From a virus, in IMG/VR virus record IMGVR_UViG_3300045988_080144: DNA of 58,634 nt. One strand, 5' to 3'. Within the stretch, counting starts at the first letter, position 1. Every line of letters begins with the position of its first letter. Below are positions 41,013 to 50,175 of this stretch, in pieces. The notes below the pieces were generated by a model. That model searched no databases. It saw only the letters and a list, made by a program, of their open reading frames with translations, and was not told the DNA's origin. The position numbers and the translations under genes are program-made.

Positions 41013-41534
41013 ATGGGAATGGTAGATCAGGCCGTAATCAACTTTGCCTGCTACGAAGACGCCAAAGACTTCCTCGGTCTGGCTTCCGTGACGCTGCCCG
41101 ATGTTGATTTCATTGTTGCGACCGTCTCCGGTGCTGGCATTGCCGGCAACGTGGAGGCGCCGATCATCGGCCATATGAACGCCATGACCGCGCAGCTCAA
41201 ATTCCGCACCTTCAGCGCTGAGAGCCTGAAGCTGCTGGAGCCGCGCGAACACAACATCGACCTGCGCGCGCCGCAGCAGGTGTACGACCCGATTGCGGGC
41301 GTTTACAAGACGCAGTCCGTCAAGCACGTCCTCGTGCTTGTTCCGAAGACGCTGTCGAACGGCAATATCGCCCCGGCGTCTCCCACGGACGGCTCTGGCA
41401 GCTACGCCGTGCGCCGCTGGGTGACGTACATCGATGACGTGAAGGTCATGGAGCTTGACCCGTACAACTACATCTGCGAGGTGAACGGTGTCGACTATCT
41501 TTCCGACACCCGCAAGGCCCTCGGCAAATCGTAA
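41013..41534 (+). CDS. Tail tube protein
   Basis: 173 aa, directly after the sheath gene; P2 FII-like layout. Confidence 0.75.
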   Translation: MGMVDQAVINFACYEDAKDFLGLASVTLPDVDFIVATVSGAGIAGNVEAPIIGHMNAMTAQLKFRTFSAESLKLLEPREHNIDLRAPQQVYDPIAGVYKTQSVKHVLVLVPKTLSNGNIAPASPTDGSGSYAVRRWVTYIDDVKVMELDPYNYICEVNGVDYLSDTRKALGKS

Positions 41535-41591
41535 ATCTTTGGGGCGGCGCGCGATGCGTCGCCCCACCACTCTTGAAAGGAGCTATGAATC

Positions 41592-41984
41592 ATGGAAAAC
41601 AAGAATATTCAGAAAACGACCGCAGAGGAAAGCAGTGACATCTTCGCTGTTGCGGAAGATCAGGATAAGAAAAACGCCGCAATCGACTATGCGGCATTTG
41701 TGATGCAGCTTGCAAGGCCGCTCGTTCACGATGAAAAAACCTACACGGAGCTGACCTTCAACTTTGAAGATCTCAGCGGAAATGACTCCCTTGCGATTGA
41801 GCGGGAGCTGCAAATGCTCGGGCATACGGTGATCGTTGCGAACTTTGACAGCGAGTACCTTATCCGTGTTTGCGTCAAGGCGTGCACCGAGAAACTTGGT
41901 CTTGACGCGCTGGGCAAGCTCAGTATCCGCGATTTCAACCGTCTGCGGAACACCGTAAGAGGTTTTTTATCGCGCAAGGAGTGA
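41592..41984 (+). CDS. Tail assembly chaperone (short form)
   Basis: Located between the tube and tape-measure genes. Ends just after a slippery T-run. Confidence 0.65.
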   Translation: MENKNIQKTTAEESSDIFAVAEDQDKKNAAIDYAAFVMQLARPLVHDEKTYTELTFNFEDLSGNDSLAIERELQMLGHTVIVANFDSEYLIRVCVKACTEKLGLDALGKLSIRDFNRLRNTVRGFLSRKE

Positions 41985-42160
41985 TCGTCGGAGATGGCGG
42001 CGTATGGCTTCGCAGGCAATGCCTCGCCATGGCCCGGACGAACAACACTCCGGTAGATTTCTGGTTATCTCTACGTCTCGGCGAATTTTCGCAATGGGTG
42101 AAAGCCTCTAATGCGCTGATTGCCGAGGAAATGGAGAAGCGAAAACAAAAACGCAAGTGA
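41592..42160 (+). CDS. Tail assembly chaperone, -1 frameshifted long form
   Basis: Slippery T_TTT_TTA at 41963-41969. The -1 frame is open from 41969 to TGA 42158-42160 (63 codons: IAQGVIVGDGG...IAEEMEKRKQKRK). Confidence 0.55.
41963..41969 (+). other. Programmed -1 ribosomal frameshift heptamer
   Basis: T TTT TTA in the zero frame (ggt ttt tta). Confidence 0.55.
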
Positions 42161-45100
42161 AAGTGAGGCGGAGATATTGGCATCGCGGAAAGAATATGAG
42201 ATGCTATTTGCGCTTGAAGCGCAGCTTGGCCGCGAGTTTCGCACGACCTTTGCAAAGGCCCGCGGCGAGCTCGGCGACACGGCCGATAGTGCAGAATCTT
42301 TCGGCAGCCGCGCGACACAGGCCGTGGACGCGGTGTCGAGCGTTCTTGCTGCGGCTGGTATCTCCGCTGCGCTTAAAGAAATAAAGGAAGGCTTTGACGA
42401 GTGTGTGCAGGCGTCGATGGATTTCGAGTCTGCCATCACCGGCGTCGCCAAGACGACAGACCTGACAGACGAAGAACTGGCAGATATGTCGGACGCAATT
42501 AAAGCCATGTCCACGGAGATCCCGGCATCTACGACCGAGATCGCCGCCGTCGCTGAAGCTGCTGGCCAGCTTGGCATTCAGAAAGACGCGCTGCTCGATT
42601 TTACGCGCGTTATGACAATGCTCGGCACAGCGACGAACATGACAGCCGAAGATGCCGCAACCGCCCTCGCGCGGTTCGCGAACATTACAGGCATGTCCGC
42701 AGACAATTATGATCGTCTCGGCGCCGTGATCGTTGATCTTGGCAATAACTTTGCAACGACTGAATCTGAGATCACGCAGATGGGTACGCGCCTTGCCTCT
42801 GGCGGCAAGCTGGCCGGTCTGACGGAACCTCAGATCATGGCGCTTGCCGCAGCAATGTCCTCCGTCGGCATCGAGGCCGAAGCTGGCGGCACGGCCATGA
42901 CGCAGACGCTCAATGCCATCGAAAAGGCTGTTGCAACCGGCGAAGATTCTTTACAGAGCTTCGCAGATGTTGCAGGAATGTCTGCGGATTCGTTCGCGGA
43001 AATGTGGAATACGGACGCGCTGGGCGCTCTGACAGCGTTTATCCGCGGGCTTGGCAATCTGGACGAACAGGGCGAAAGCGCTGTTCTGGTGCTGGAAGAC
43101 CTCGGCCTTACCGGCATTCGCCAGAGCAATATGCTAAAATCCCTCGCTCTGGCAGCAGACCAGATGGACAGCGCCGTACAGACGGCAAATACCGCGTGGG
43201 ATGAGAATATCGCTCTGACGAACGAAGCCAACAAGCGATACGCCACCACGCAATCCAAGCTGGATATGATGCAGAACGCCTACAACAACCTCAAGGTTGC
43301 CGTAGGCGATGCTTTTACCCCGGCGCTGCGCGATGCCTACGACGCCGGTACGGACGTGCTGAACGTCCTCGGCGAGTTTGTGCAGGAGAATCCTGCGCTC
43401 GTCAAGGGTGTTGCAACATTCACGGGCGTAGTCGGCGGTGCGACGGTCGCATTGACGGCATACGCCGCAATCTCCAAAGTCATTAAAGCGCTGGACATTG
43501 CCACAACATTCGGTGGAATGGCCGGGCCGATTATGTTGGGCGTGACCGCCGTGGCTGCGCTGGCCGGTGGAATCGTGGCGATGGCTGATGCCGCCGAAGA
43601 CCGTGCGGCTCCGTCCGTAAAGGAATTGACAGAAGCTGCGCGTGACATGAACGAGGCGCTTACCGACGCAAAGTCTGGCTTCGATGATTCTGTCGGCAGC
43701 ACAATGGCAACGGCCACAGTTGCGGAGCAGTATATTGACCGGCTGAAAGAGCTGGATTCTGTTGGTGAAAAAACGACTGCCCAGCAGCAGGAATATCACG
43801 GAATCCTCATGAAGCTGGTTGAGACCATTCCGGAGCTATCCAGCTATATTGACCTTGAAAACGACTCCATCGACGGTGGCACGGCTGCGCTCAAAGCAAA
43901 TACGGACGCATGGGTAGAAAATGCCCGCGCACAGGCATACCAAAACGAGCTTTCCGAGATCTATGCGAAGTATGCCGATGTTGAAATCGAGCGGGCAAAG
44001 CGCCGGGCAGAGCTGACGGATGCAGAGGAAGCCGCGCATGAAGCTACTCAGGCCTATAATGACGCGCTTGCCAAGCAAAATGCGCTTTACGCCGAAGCGC
44101 AGAAAAAGGCTGATGCCTATTACGAAGAAACCGGCGTTCTCCGTGATGCCGAATACTTCCTTGGTGACGAAATCAACGCCGTCAACGATGAGGTCACAGA
44201 CGCCAACATTGCGTGGATTGAGGCCGCGACGCACGTTACAAACCTGAAAGAAGCGATTGAGGAAGACAACAATGCGCTCAGTGCGGCGGATGAAGAAATT
44301 CAGGCCGTAACGGACGCATACGAAAGCCTCACGGAAGCAACGGATGATTCGACCGAAGCAACCGAAAATGCTTCGCGCGGACAGACGGAGCTGAACACCG
44401 AGATCAGCAGCGTCAAGGAACGTGTCGAGGCTCTCCAGCAGGCGTATCAGGAAGCCTATAAAGCTGCCGCAGAAAGCGTTCAGGGCCAATATGCACTATG
44501 GCAGCAGGCAGACAGCATCGTTGCGACCTCTGCGTCCAGCATCAACAGTAATCTCCAAGGCCAGATCACGCATTGGCAGACCTACAACGATAATCTGGCC
44601 AGCCTGCGTGACAGGGCTGGTGATATTGAGGGCCTGACCGAAATGATCGGTTCTTTCGCAGACGGCAGCTCCGACAGCGTGAATGCAGTTGCCGGCATGG
44701 CTGCGGCCAGCGATGAAGAATTGGCCGCGATGGTCGAAAGCTGGAATAAGCTGCGCGAGGAACAGAATAAAGCCGCCGAGGACATCGCAGACTTCCGCAC
44801 CGGCTTCTCTGAAACTATGGACGCGATCAGTGGAGACCTCGAAGCCACCATTGACGACATGGATCTTGGCACGGAAGCTGCAGAAGCCGGTCGTGCGACC
44901 ATTCAGGGCTTCATTGATGGTGCAACCGGAATGCTGCCGACCGTGCAATCGGCGTATTCCCAGCTCGGATACGCCGCCCTCGCTGCTCTCAGCCGAAACG
45001 TGCAGAACAATAATTCTGTTGCTTCGAGCCGTCGCATGAGCGGGTTTTCCCGATATGCCAGCGGCACAACCTCTGCCGAGACCGGTCTTGCCCTCGTCGG

Positions 45101-45356
45101 CGAAGAAGGCCCGGAGTTTGTGATGATGCACGGTGGCGAAGCGGTCTTGAACGCGGCCGACACACACAGCGCCATCGAAGCTATGACTTCCACTTCGGAC
45201 AGCTCCGTTCCAGTGCAGGTCAATATCACCGTCGAGGGCGATGTCAATGACGGCGTTATGGAGCGCCTTGAAACCTATGGCGAGGAATTTGCCGCACAGG
45301 TACGCGCGGTGATTCGAGAAGACAATATCAACGCGCAACGGGGGGCGTACAGATGA
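42120..45356 (+). CDS. Tail tape measure protein
   Basis: About 1078 aa, Ala-rich and helical. The true start is uncertain (e.g. TTG 42177 after GAGG). Confidence 0.85.
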   Translation: MPRKWRSENKNASESEAEILASRKEYEMLFALEAQLGREFRTTFAKARGELGDTADSAESFGSRATQAVDAVSSVLAAAGISAALKEIKEGFDECVQASMDFESAITGVAKTTDLTDEELADMSDAIKAMSTEIPASTTEIAAVAEAAGQLGIQKDALLDFTRVMTMLGTATNMTAEDAATALARFANITGMSADNYDRLGAVIVDLGNNFATTESEITQMGTRLASGGKLAGLTEPQIMALAAAMSSVGIEAEAGGTAMTQTLNAIEKAVATGEDSLQSFADVAGMSADSFAEMWNTDALGALTAFIRGLGNLDEQGESAVLVLEDLGLTGIRQSNMLKSLALAADQMDSAVQTANTAWDENIALTNEANKRYATTQSKLDMMQNAYNNLKVAVGDAFTPALRDAYDAGTDVLNVLGEFVQENPALVKGVATFTGVVGGATVALTAYAAISKVIKALDIATTFGGMAGPIMLGVTAVAALAGGIVAMADAAEDRAAPSVKELTEAARDMNEALTDAKSGFDDSVGSTMATATVAEQYIDRLKELDSVGEKTTAQQQEYHGILMKLVETIPELSSYIDLENDSIDGGTAALKANTDAWVENARAQAYQNELSEIYAKYADVEIERAKRRAELTDAEEAAHEATQAYNDALAKQNALYAEAQKKADAYYEETGVLRDAEYFLGDEINAVNDEVTDANIAWIEAATHVTNLKEAIEEDNNALSAADEEIQAVTDAYESLTEATDDSTEATENASRGQTELNTEISSVKERVEALQQAYQEAYKAAAESVQGQYALWQQADSIVATSASSINSNLQGQITHWQTYNDNLASLRDRAGDIEGLTEMIGSFADGSSDSVNAVAGMAAASDEELAAMVESWNKLREEQNKAAEDIADFRTGFSETMDAISGDLEATIDDMDLGTEAAEAGRATIQGFIDGATGMLPTVQSAYSQLGYAALAALSRNVQNNNSVASSRRMSGFSRYASGTTSAETGLALVGEEGPEFVMMHGGEAVLNAADTHSAIEAMTSTSDSSVPVQVNITVEGDVNDGVMERLETYGEEFAAQVRAVIREDNINAQRGAYR

Positions 45357-45565
45357 GCAGAATCTACACGACTGTGCAGGGCGATATGTGGGATATGATC
45401 GCCTACAAAGAGATGGGCAGCGTGGACTATACCGACGATCTGATGAACGCCAATAGCTCGCTGCTCAGTTATTTCTCCTTTCCCGCAGGCGTCATGCTGA
45501 CAATCCCTGATGTGGTGGAGCGCAGCGCATCTACGCTGCCGCCGTGGAAGCAGGTGCAGCGATGA
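45353..45565 (+). CDS. LysM-like tail protein X
   Basis: Product IYTTVQGDMWDMIAYKEMG...GVMLTIPD. Confidence 0.65.
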   Translation: MSRIYTTVQGDMWDMIAYKEMGSVDYTDDLMNANSSLLSYFSFPAGVMLTIPDVVERSASTLPPWKQVQR

Positions 45566-47115
45566 GCAGCCGAAATCTCGCCAGACGCACAAAAGCCGAG
45601 GTTTCCTTTGGCGGCATCGACATCACAAAATCCATTCAGCCGTATCTTTTGTCGATCTCCTATACGGACAACGAAGAAGACGAAACGGACGATCTGCAAA
45701 TCAAAATCCAAGACCGCGACGATCTCTGGCTCACGCAGTGGCTCGATGAGATCTCTGAAAAGCTGTCCTGGGCATCGCCCTCCGGTGGCAGCGCATCTGG
45801 TGATGCCGTTGTCAGCGAAGCGAACAAATACCTCGGCACGCCGTATGTTTGGGGCGGCAGCAGTCCGAGCGGCTTTGACTGCTCCGGTCTTGTCTACTAC
45901 GCGCTCAACGAAGCTGGAATCAATGTTCCCAGAACAACTGCGCAGGGCTACAAGGATATGGCTACACCGGTCAACGAAGCCACAGCGCAGCCCGGCGACC
46001 TCATCTTCTTCGGCACGCAGGGCGTTGTCGACCACGTAGGTATCTACATGGGCAATGGGCAAATGGTCAATGCGACCGGTTCGTGCGTCCAGATCACAGA
46101 CATCAACACTCGCAGAGCCGGGATTATCAGTTGGGGCAGAATCGGCGGCGCCACGCAGAGCGGCTCTGCTGCCTCTGCACAGGCAGGCACGCAAAGCAGC
46201 GGCTCAGGATCTTCTACTTCCTCTGGCGAACAGGGTGCATCCTCCGATGGCGGCGGCGCAGAAGAACGACTCGCCATGGACGTTGTGTTTGTCCGTGAGA
46301 ACTGGAACAGCGACGGCTCCGACGCGGTGCTGCCGTGCGGAGAATTTGAGCTTGACAACATCTCCTGCAGCGGGCCACCGAACACAGTCTGCATCAAAGG
46401 ATCTTCGATTCCGTTTTCTTCGCAGCTCCGGCAGACCTGCAAGAGCAAGGCATGGGAAAGCTACACGCTTAGCGGCATTGCGAATGAAATCGCCGGGAGC
46501 GGCGGTATGACCTGCATGTATGAATCGGACAGCGACCCATATTATGAGCGCGTCGAGCAGATCGACATGAGCGACATTGAGTTTCTGTCGCAGCTTTGCC
46601 ATGATGCCGGCATTTCTCTCAAGGCAACAAACCGGATCCTTGTACTGTTCGATCAGCGCAAGTATGAGCAGAAGCCAGAAGTCCGCACCATCAGACGCTA
46701 TGACCACAGCTATAAGACGTACCAGCTCAGCACCAGCGCAGCCGATGCGCAGTATGCGTCGTGCCGGGTGTCCTACGTCAACCCCGAAACCGGACAGTGT
46801 ATTGAGGGCATCGCCAAGGTCGAGGGATACACCGAAGACCCGAACAATCAGCAGCTTGAAATCACCGCCAAGGTTGGAACAGTGGACGAAGCGAAGGAGC
46901 TTGCAGAAAAGAATCTCCGTCTTCGCAACAAATTCTGCCGCCAGGCACAATTCCTGCTGCCGGGAGATACCGACCTCGTTGCGGGCGTCAATGTCGCGCT
47001 CAAAGGCTGGGGCGGCTACGACGGAAAATACATCATCAAGCAGGCTGTCCACAAGCTGGACAGCGGCGGCTATACAACGCAGATCTCGCTGCGCATGGTA
47101 TTGGAGGGATATTGA
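45562..47115 (+). CDS. Baseplate hub / gpD-like late control protein with an inserted NlpC/P60 endopeptidase domain
   Basis: gpD-like N- and C-terminal parts. Internal segment GTPYVWGGSSPSGFDCSGLVYY...GDLIFF...DHVGIYMG. Confidence 0.7.
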   Translation: MSSRNLARRTKAEVSFGGIDITKSIQPYLLSISYTDNEEDETDDLQIKIQDRDDLWLTQWLDEISEKLSWASPSGGSASGDAVVSEANKYLGTPYVWGGSSPSGFDCSGLVYYALNEAGINVPRTTAQGYKDMATPVNEATAQPGDLIFFGTQGVVDHVGIYMGNGQMVNATGSCVQITDINTRRAGIISWGRIGGATQSGSAASAQAGTQSSGSGSSTSSGEQGASSDGGGAEERLAMDVVFVRENWNSDGSDAVLPCGEFELDNISCSGPPNTVCIKGSSIPFSSQLRQTCKSKAWESYTLSGIANEIAGSGGMTCMYESDSDPYYERVEQIDMSDIEFLSQLCHDAGISLKATNRILVLFDQRKYEQKPEVRTIRRYDHSYKTYQLSTSAADAQYASCRVSYVNPETGQCIEGIAKVEGYTEDPNNQQLEITAKVGTVDEAKELAEKNLRLRNKFCRQAQFLLPGDTDLVAGVNVALKGWGGYDGKYIIKQAVHKLDSGGYTTQISLRMVLEGY

Positions 47116-47420
47116 TGGACGCAGAAAAAGTGTTAAAGCGGCTCGTTCGCGTCGGAACTGTGACGGACATCGACAATGCCAAGCGAAAAGCGCGAGTGAA
47201 GTTTCAGGACTGCAATATGACGTCCGGATGGCTCTATGTGCTGGACACGCACCCGCACATTCCAGCTTATGACCCTGCGCAGCAGAAGACAGAGTTGCAG
47301 GATGGGCATCAGCACGACCTCACGATCAAGCCGTGGATGCCGCTTGTCAACGACACCGTCCTCACGCTCTATCTGCCTGTGTTCAACGGGGATGGCTTCG
47401 TGCTGGGAGGTATCGGATGA
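47112..47420 (+). CDS. Baseplate spike/assembly protein V-like
   Basis: Product VRVGTVTDIDNAKRKARVKFQD...PLVNDTVLTLYL. Confidence 0.55.
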   Translation: MMDAEKVLKRLVRVGTVTDIDNAKRKARVKFQDCNMTSGWLYVLDTHPHIPAYDPAQQKTELQDGHQHDLTIKPWMPLVNDTVLTLYLPVFNGDGFVLGGIG

Positions 47421-47812
47421 TTGTAGGAGCACTTGGAGACGTTGTCTTTTCAGTTTCGTCGCGCACGCTGAAAACGATCAGCAATTTCGTATGGTCCGGT
47501 TCTGCGCGGTACGCCACGCATGATCTCCATGCCGGCAACAGCATTTCGGAATACACCGGCACAGACCTTGCGAAGATCACCTTTGACATTCAGCTTCTTG
47601 CTTCCCTCGGCGTTGACCCAATGTCCGAGATTTGGCGGCTGTTCGATCTGGAACGGCAGGGCGTGACGCTGCCGCTTACGATTGGCAATCATGGATACGG
47701 CCGCTATCGCTGGACGATCCTGAGCCATAAGACCAAGGCGGAGCATTATGACGGGCATGGAAACATCATCAGTGCGACGCTGAGCATTTCCTTGCAGGAA
47801 TATCTACGATGA
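47417..47812 (+). CDS. Baseplate/tail protein (131 aa)
   Basis: ATGA overlap at 47417. Sits within the baseplate block. Confidence 0.5.
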   Translation: MIVGALGDVVFSVSSRTLKTISNFVWSGSARYATHDLHAGNSISEYTGTDLAKITFDIQLLASLGVDPMSEIWRLFDLERQGVTLPLTIGNHGYGRYRWTILSHKTKAEHYDGHGNIISATLSISLQEYLR

Positions 47813-47824
47813 GGGGCGCACACT

Positions 47825-48148
47825 ATGGGCTACAAAATCACCATGTCGGAGATCGGGCCGATCAGCCTGAACGAAACCGACCCTGTAAAATCCATTCTGC
47901 AGAACGTGTCCATCATCCTGCGGACGATCAAAGGCTCCTGCCCGATGTATCGCGGCTTCGGTATTGACGCTACCTTGATCGACCGCCCGATTCCTGCGGC
48001 AAAGGTGCTGCTTTTCTCTCAAATCCGCGAGGCCATTGAGGAATATGAGCCGCGCGTCCGTGTCAAGAGCGTCGATTTTGATACGCAGGAAGAAATGCAG
48101 GGCGTTCTAAGCCCTATCGTGGAGGTGGAAATCGTCGATGAGTCGTAA
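47825..48148 (+). CDS. Baseplate wedge protein, GPW/gp25 family
   Basis: Product ILQNVSIILRTIKGSCPMYRGFGID...IREAIEEYEPRV. Confidence 0.7.
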   Translation: MGYKITMSEIGPISLNETDPVKSILQNVSIILRTIKGSCPMYRGFGIDATLIDRPIPAAKVLLFSQIREAIEEYEPRVRVKSVDFDTQEEMQGVLSPIVEVEIVDES

Positions 48149-49514
48149 TACCGAATTTCAGTTTGTTTCGACCGACGCTGCGGAAATCACAAATTTTCTG
48201 ATTACCGTTTATGAAAACTTGACCGGGGTGAGCGTCAGACCGGCCAGTCCGGAAAAGCTGTTCGCGCAATGGGTAGCCAGCGTCATCATTCAGGAGCGGG
48301 TCTACAACAACTACACCGCAAATCAGAATATTCCGAGCCGCGCCGAAGGCAAGAACCTTGACGCGCTGGCAGAACTGTACTATCTGCAGCAGCGCCCACA
48401 GGCAAAACCTGCTTACTGCACGGAACGGTTTACGATCTCCGAGGCGCAGACGTTCGCCATCCTCGTCCCCAAGGGGACGCGCGTCACAGACGCCAGCAAC
48501 ACCCTGATCTGGGAGACCGTCGCCGATGCCTACATCAGCGCAGGCGATACCTACGTTGACACCGCCATCCGGTGCCAGACGGACGGCACGGTCGGCAACG
48601 GCTACGCCGTCGGCCAGCTCAACGTGATCGTTGACGTGTTCGACTACTACACGTCCTGCACCAATATCACGACTTCCGACGACGGTTCGGAGATCGCCAG
48701 CGACGAAGAATTCTACGAGCTGATGCGCGAATCCATGTTCGCGTTTTCGACGGCCGGCGCGGTTGGCTCCTACATCTACCACGCGAAATCCGTATCTACG
48801 GAGATTGCTGACGTACAGGCCGTTCGCCCGGCTGTCGTAAAGAAAGTGACGCTTGATCTCTATACGAAAGGCGGCGTCAAGTACGCTTTTTGGGGCGGCG
48901 ACACCATCGACCTGTCCTCTCTGGCGGTCTACGCCAAGGGCAGCAGCACGGCTGCGAGCACCGACACAGATTATACCGTCACCTACGAAAACGGCCTGCT
49001 GCAAGTTGCAATCGCCGCAGACGGCGCGCTGGCAAGCGCGAGCCAGATCGACGTGTCGCTCACCTTTGACGGTGCCGGGCACGTCGATATTTATGTCCTG
49101 ATGAACGACGGAACGATTGCCACGACGGAGATCAAGAACGCCGTCCTTGCCGCCTGTAACGAAAGCAAGGTGCGGCCGCTGGCCGATTATGTCAGTGTCA
49201 AAGACCCCGGCCTCGTTTCGTACAATATCGACTTCACCTACTATGTCCCCACCGACACGACACTCTCCGGTGCGGCGATTCAGGAAGCCGTAGACGCAGC
49301 CGTCGAGGAATACATCGCTTGGCAGTCCGGCAAGCTCGGCCGCGATATTAACCCGGATAAGCTGCGCGACCTCCTGTTCCACACGGGCGTCAAGCGGATC
49401 GTGCTGCGCTCCCCGACCTACAAGGTGCTGGAGGGCGGCAAAAACAACGCCGCGCCGCAGATTGCAAAGCTGGGAACGAAAACAATCGTGAACGGAGGCT
49501 ACGAGGATGAATGA
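48138..49514 (+). CDS. Baseplate J-like protein
   Basis: 458 aa, after the gp25-like gene; J-family layout. Confidence 0.7.
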   Translation: MSRNTEFQFVSTDAAEITNFLITVYENLTGVSVRPASPEKLFAQWVASVIIQERVYNNYTANQNIPSRAEGKNLDALAELYYLQQRPQAKPAYCTERFTISEAQTFAILVPKGTRVTDASNTLIWETVADAYISAGDTYVDTAIRCQTDGTVGNGYAVGQLNVIVDVFDYYTSCTNITTSDDGSEIASDEEFYELMRESMFAFSTAGAVGSYIYHAKSVSTEIADVQAVRPAVVKKVTLDLYTKGGVKYAFWGGDTIDLSSLAVYAKGSSTAASTDTDYTVTYENGLLQVAIAADGALASASQIDVSLTFDGAGHVDIYVLMNDGTIATTEIKNAVLAACNESKVRPLADYVSVKDPGLVSYNIDFTYYVPTDTTLSGAAIQEAVDAAVEEYIAWQSGKLGRDINPDKLRDLLFHTGVKRIVLRSPTYKVLEGGKNNAAPQIAKLGTKTIVNGGYEDE

Positions 49515-50175
49515 GCAGTACGGCCTCACGGTTGAGAACCTGCTGAACGTCCTCCCCGATGTGCTGCGGCAGGATGAAAAAATGCTCGCGCTCGCAACCG
49601 GCGTCGCGGAGATCCTGACGGCGCGGCCGGCCGAGATTGAGCAGAATATGCTCTATCAGCACATCGACACTCTGCCAGAAGATCTTCTCGACCAGCTTGC
49701 GCACGACTTCGGCGTAAGCTGGTGGGACAACGACTGGGATATTGAGCAGAAGCGCGCCACGTTCCGCGAGTCCTGGCACGTTCGCCGCCACCTCGGCACG
49801 AAGTACGCCGTCGAGCTGGCGTTGTCCACTTCGTTCGGCTCCGGTAAGGTGCAGGAATGGTTTGAATATGGCGGCGAGCCGAATCACTATCGCATCTTTG
49901 ACGTTGACATCAGACAGGTCAACGACAATATCCGCACGTTCCTGCAGATCCTCGAAGTTGTCAGCCGTAAGAGCGCGGTGCTGGACAGTATTCGTGCAAT
50001 TTCCGTCCGTGAGCTGATTCTGTACTTCGGCGCGGTTATGAGCGTCACGAAGAAATTCAAGCTCACCACGGGCGAGGTCAATACGGACATTGACATCATG
50101 GGCGACGAAGCCGGGAACGCCCTGTGCGACTGGGACGGCGGTCTGATTATGATGGATAAGGAGGCAACGGTATGA
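49507..50175 (+). CDS. Tail protein I-like (P2 gpI / XkdU class)
   Basis: Product LLNVLPDVLRQDEKMLALA...LLDQLAHDFGVSWWD. Confidence 0.65.
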   Translation: MNEQYGLTVENLLNVLPDVLRQDEKMLALATGVAEILTARPAEIEQNMLYQHIDTLPEDLLDQLAHDFGVSWWDNDWDIEQKRATFRESWHVRRHLGTKYAVELALSTSFGSGKVQEWFEYGGEPNHYRIFDVDIRQVNDNIRTFLQILEVVSRKSAVLDSIRAISVRELILYFGAVMSVTKKFKLTTGEVNTDIDIMGDEAGNALCDWDGGLIMMDKEATV

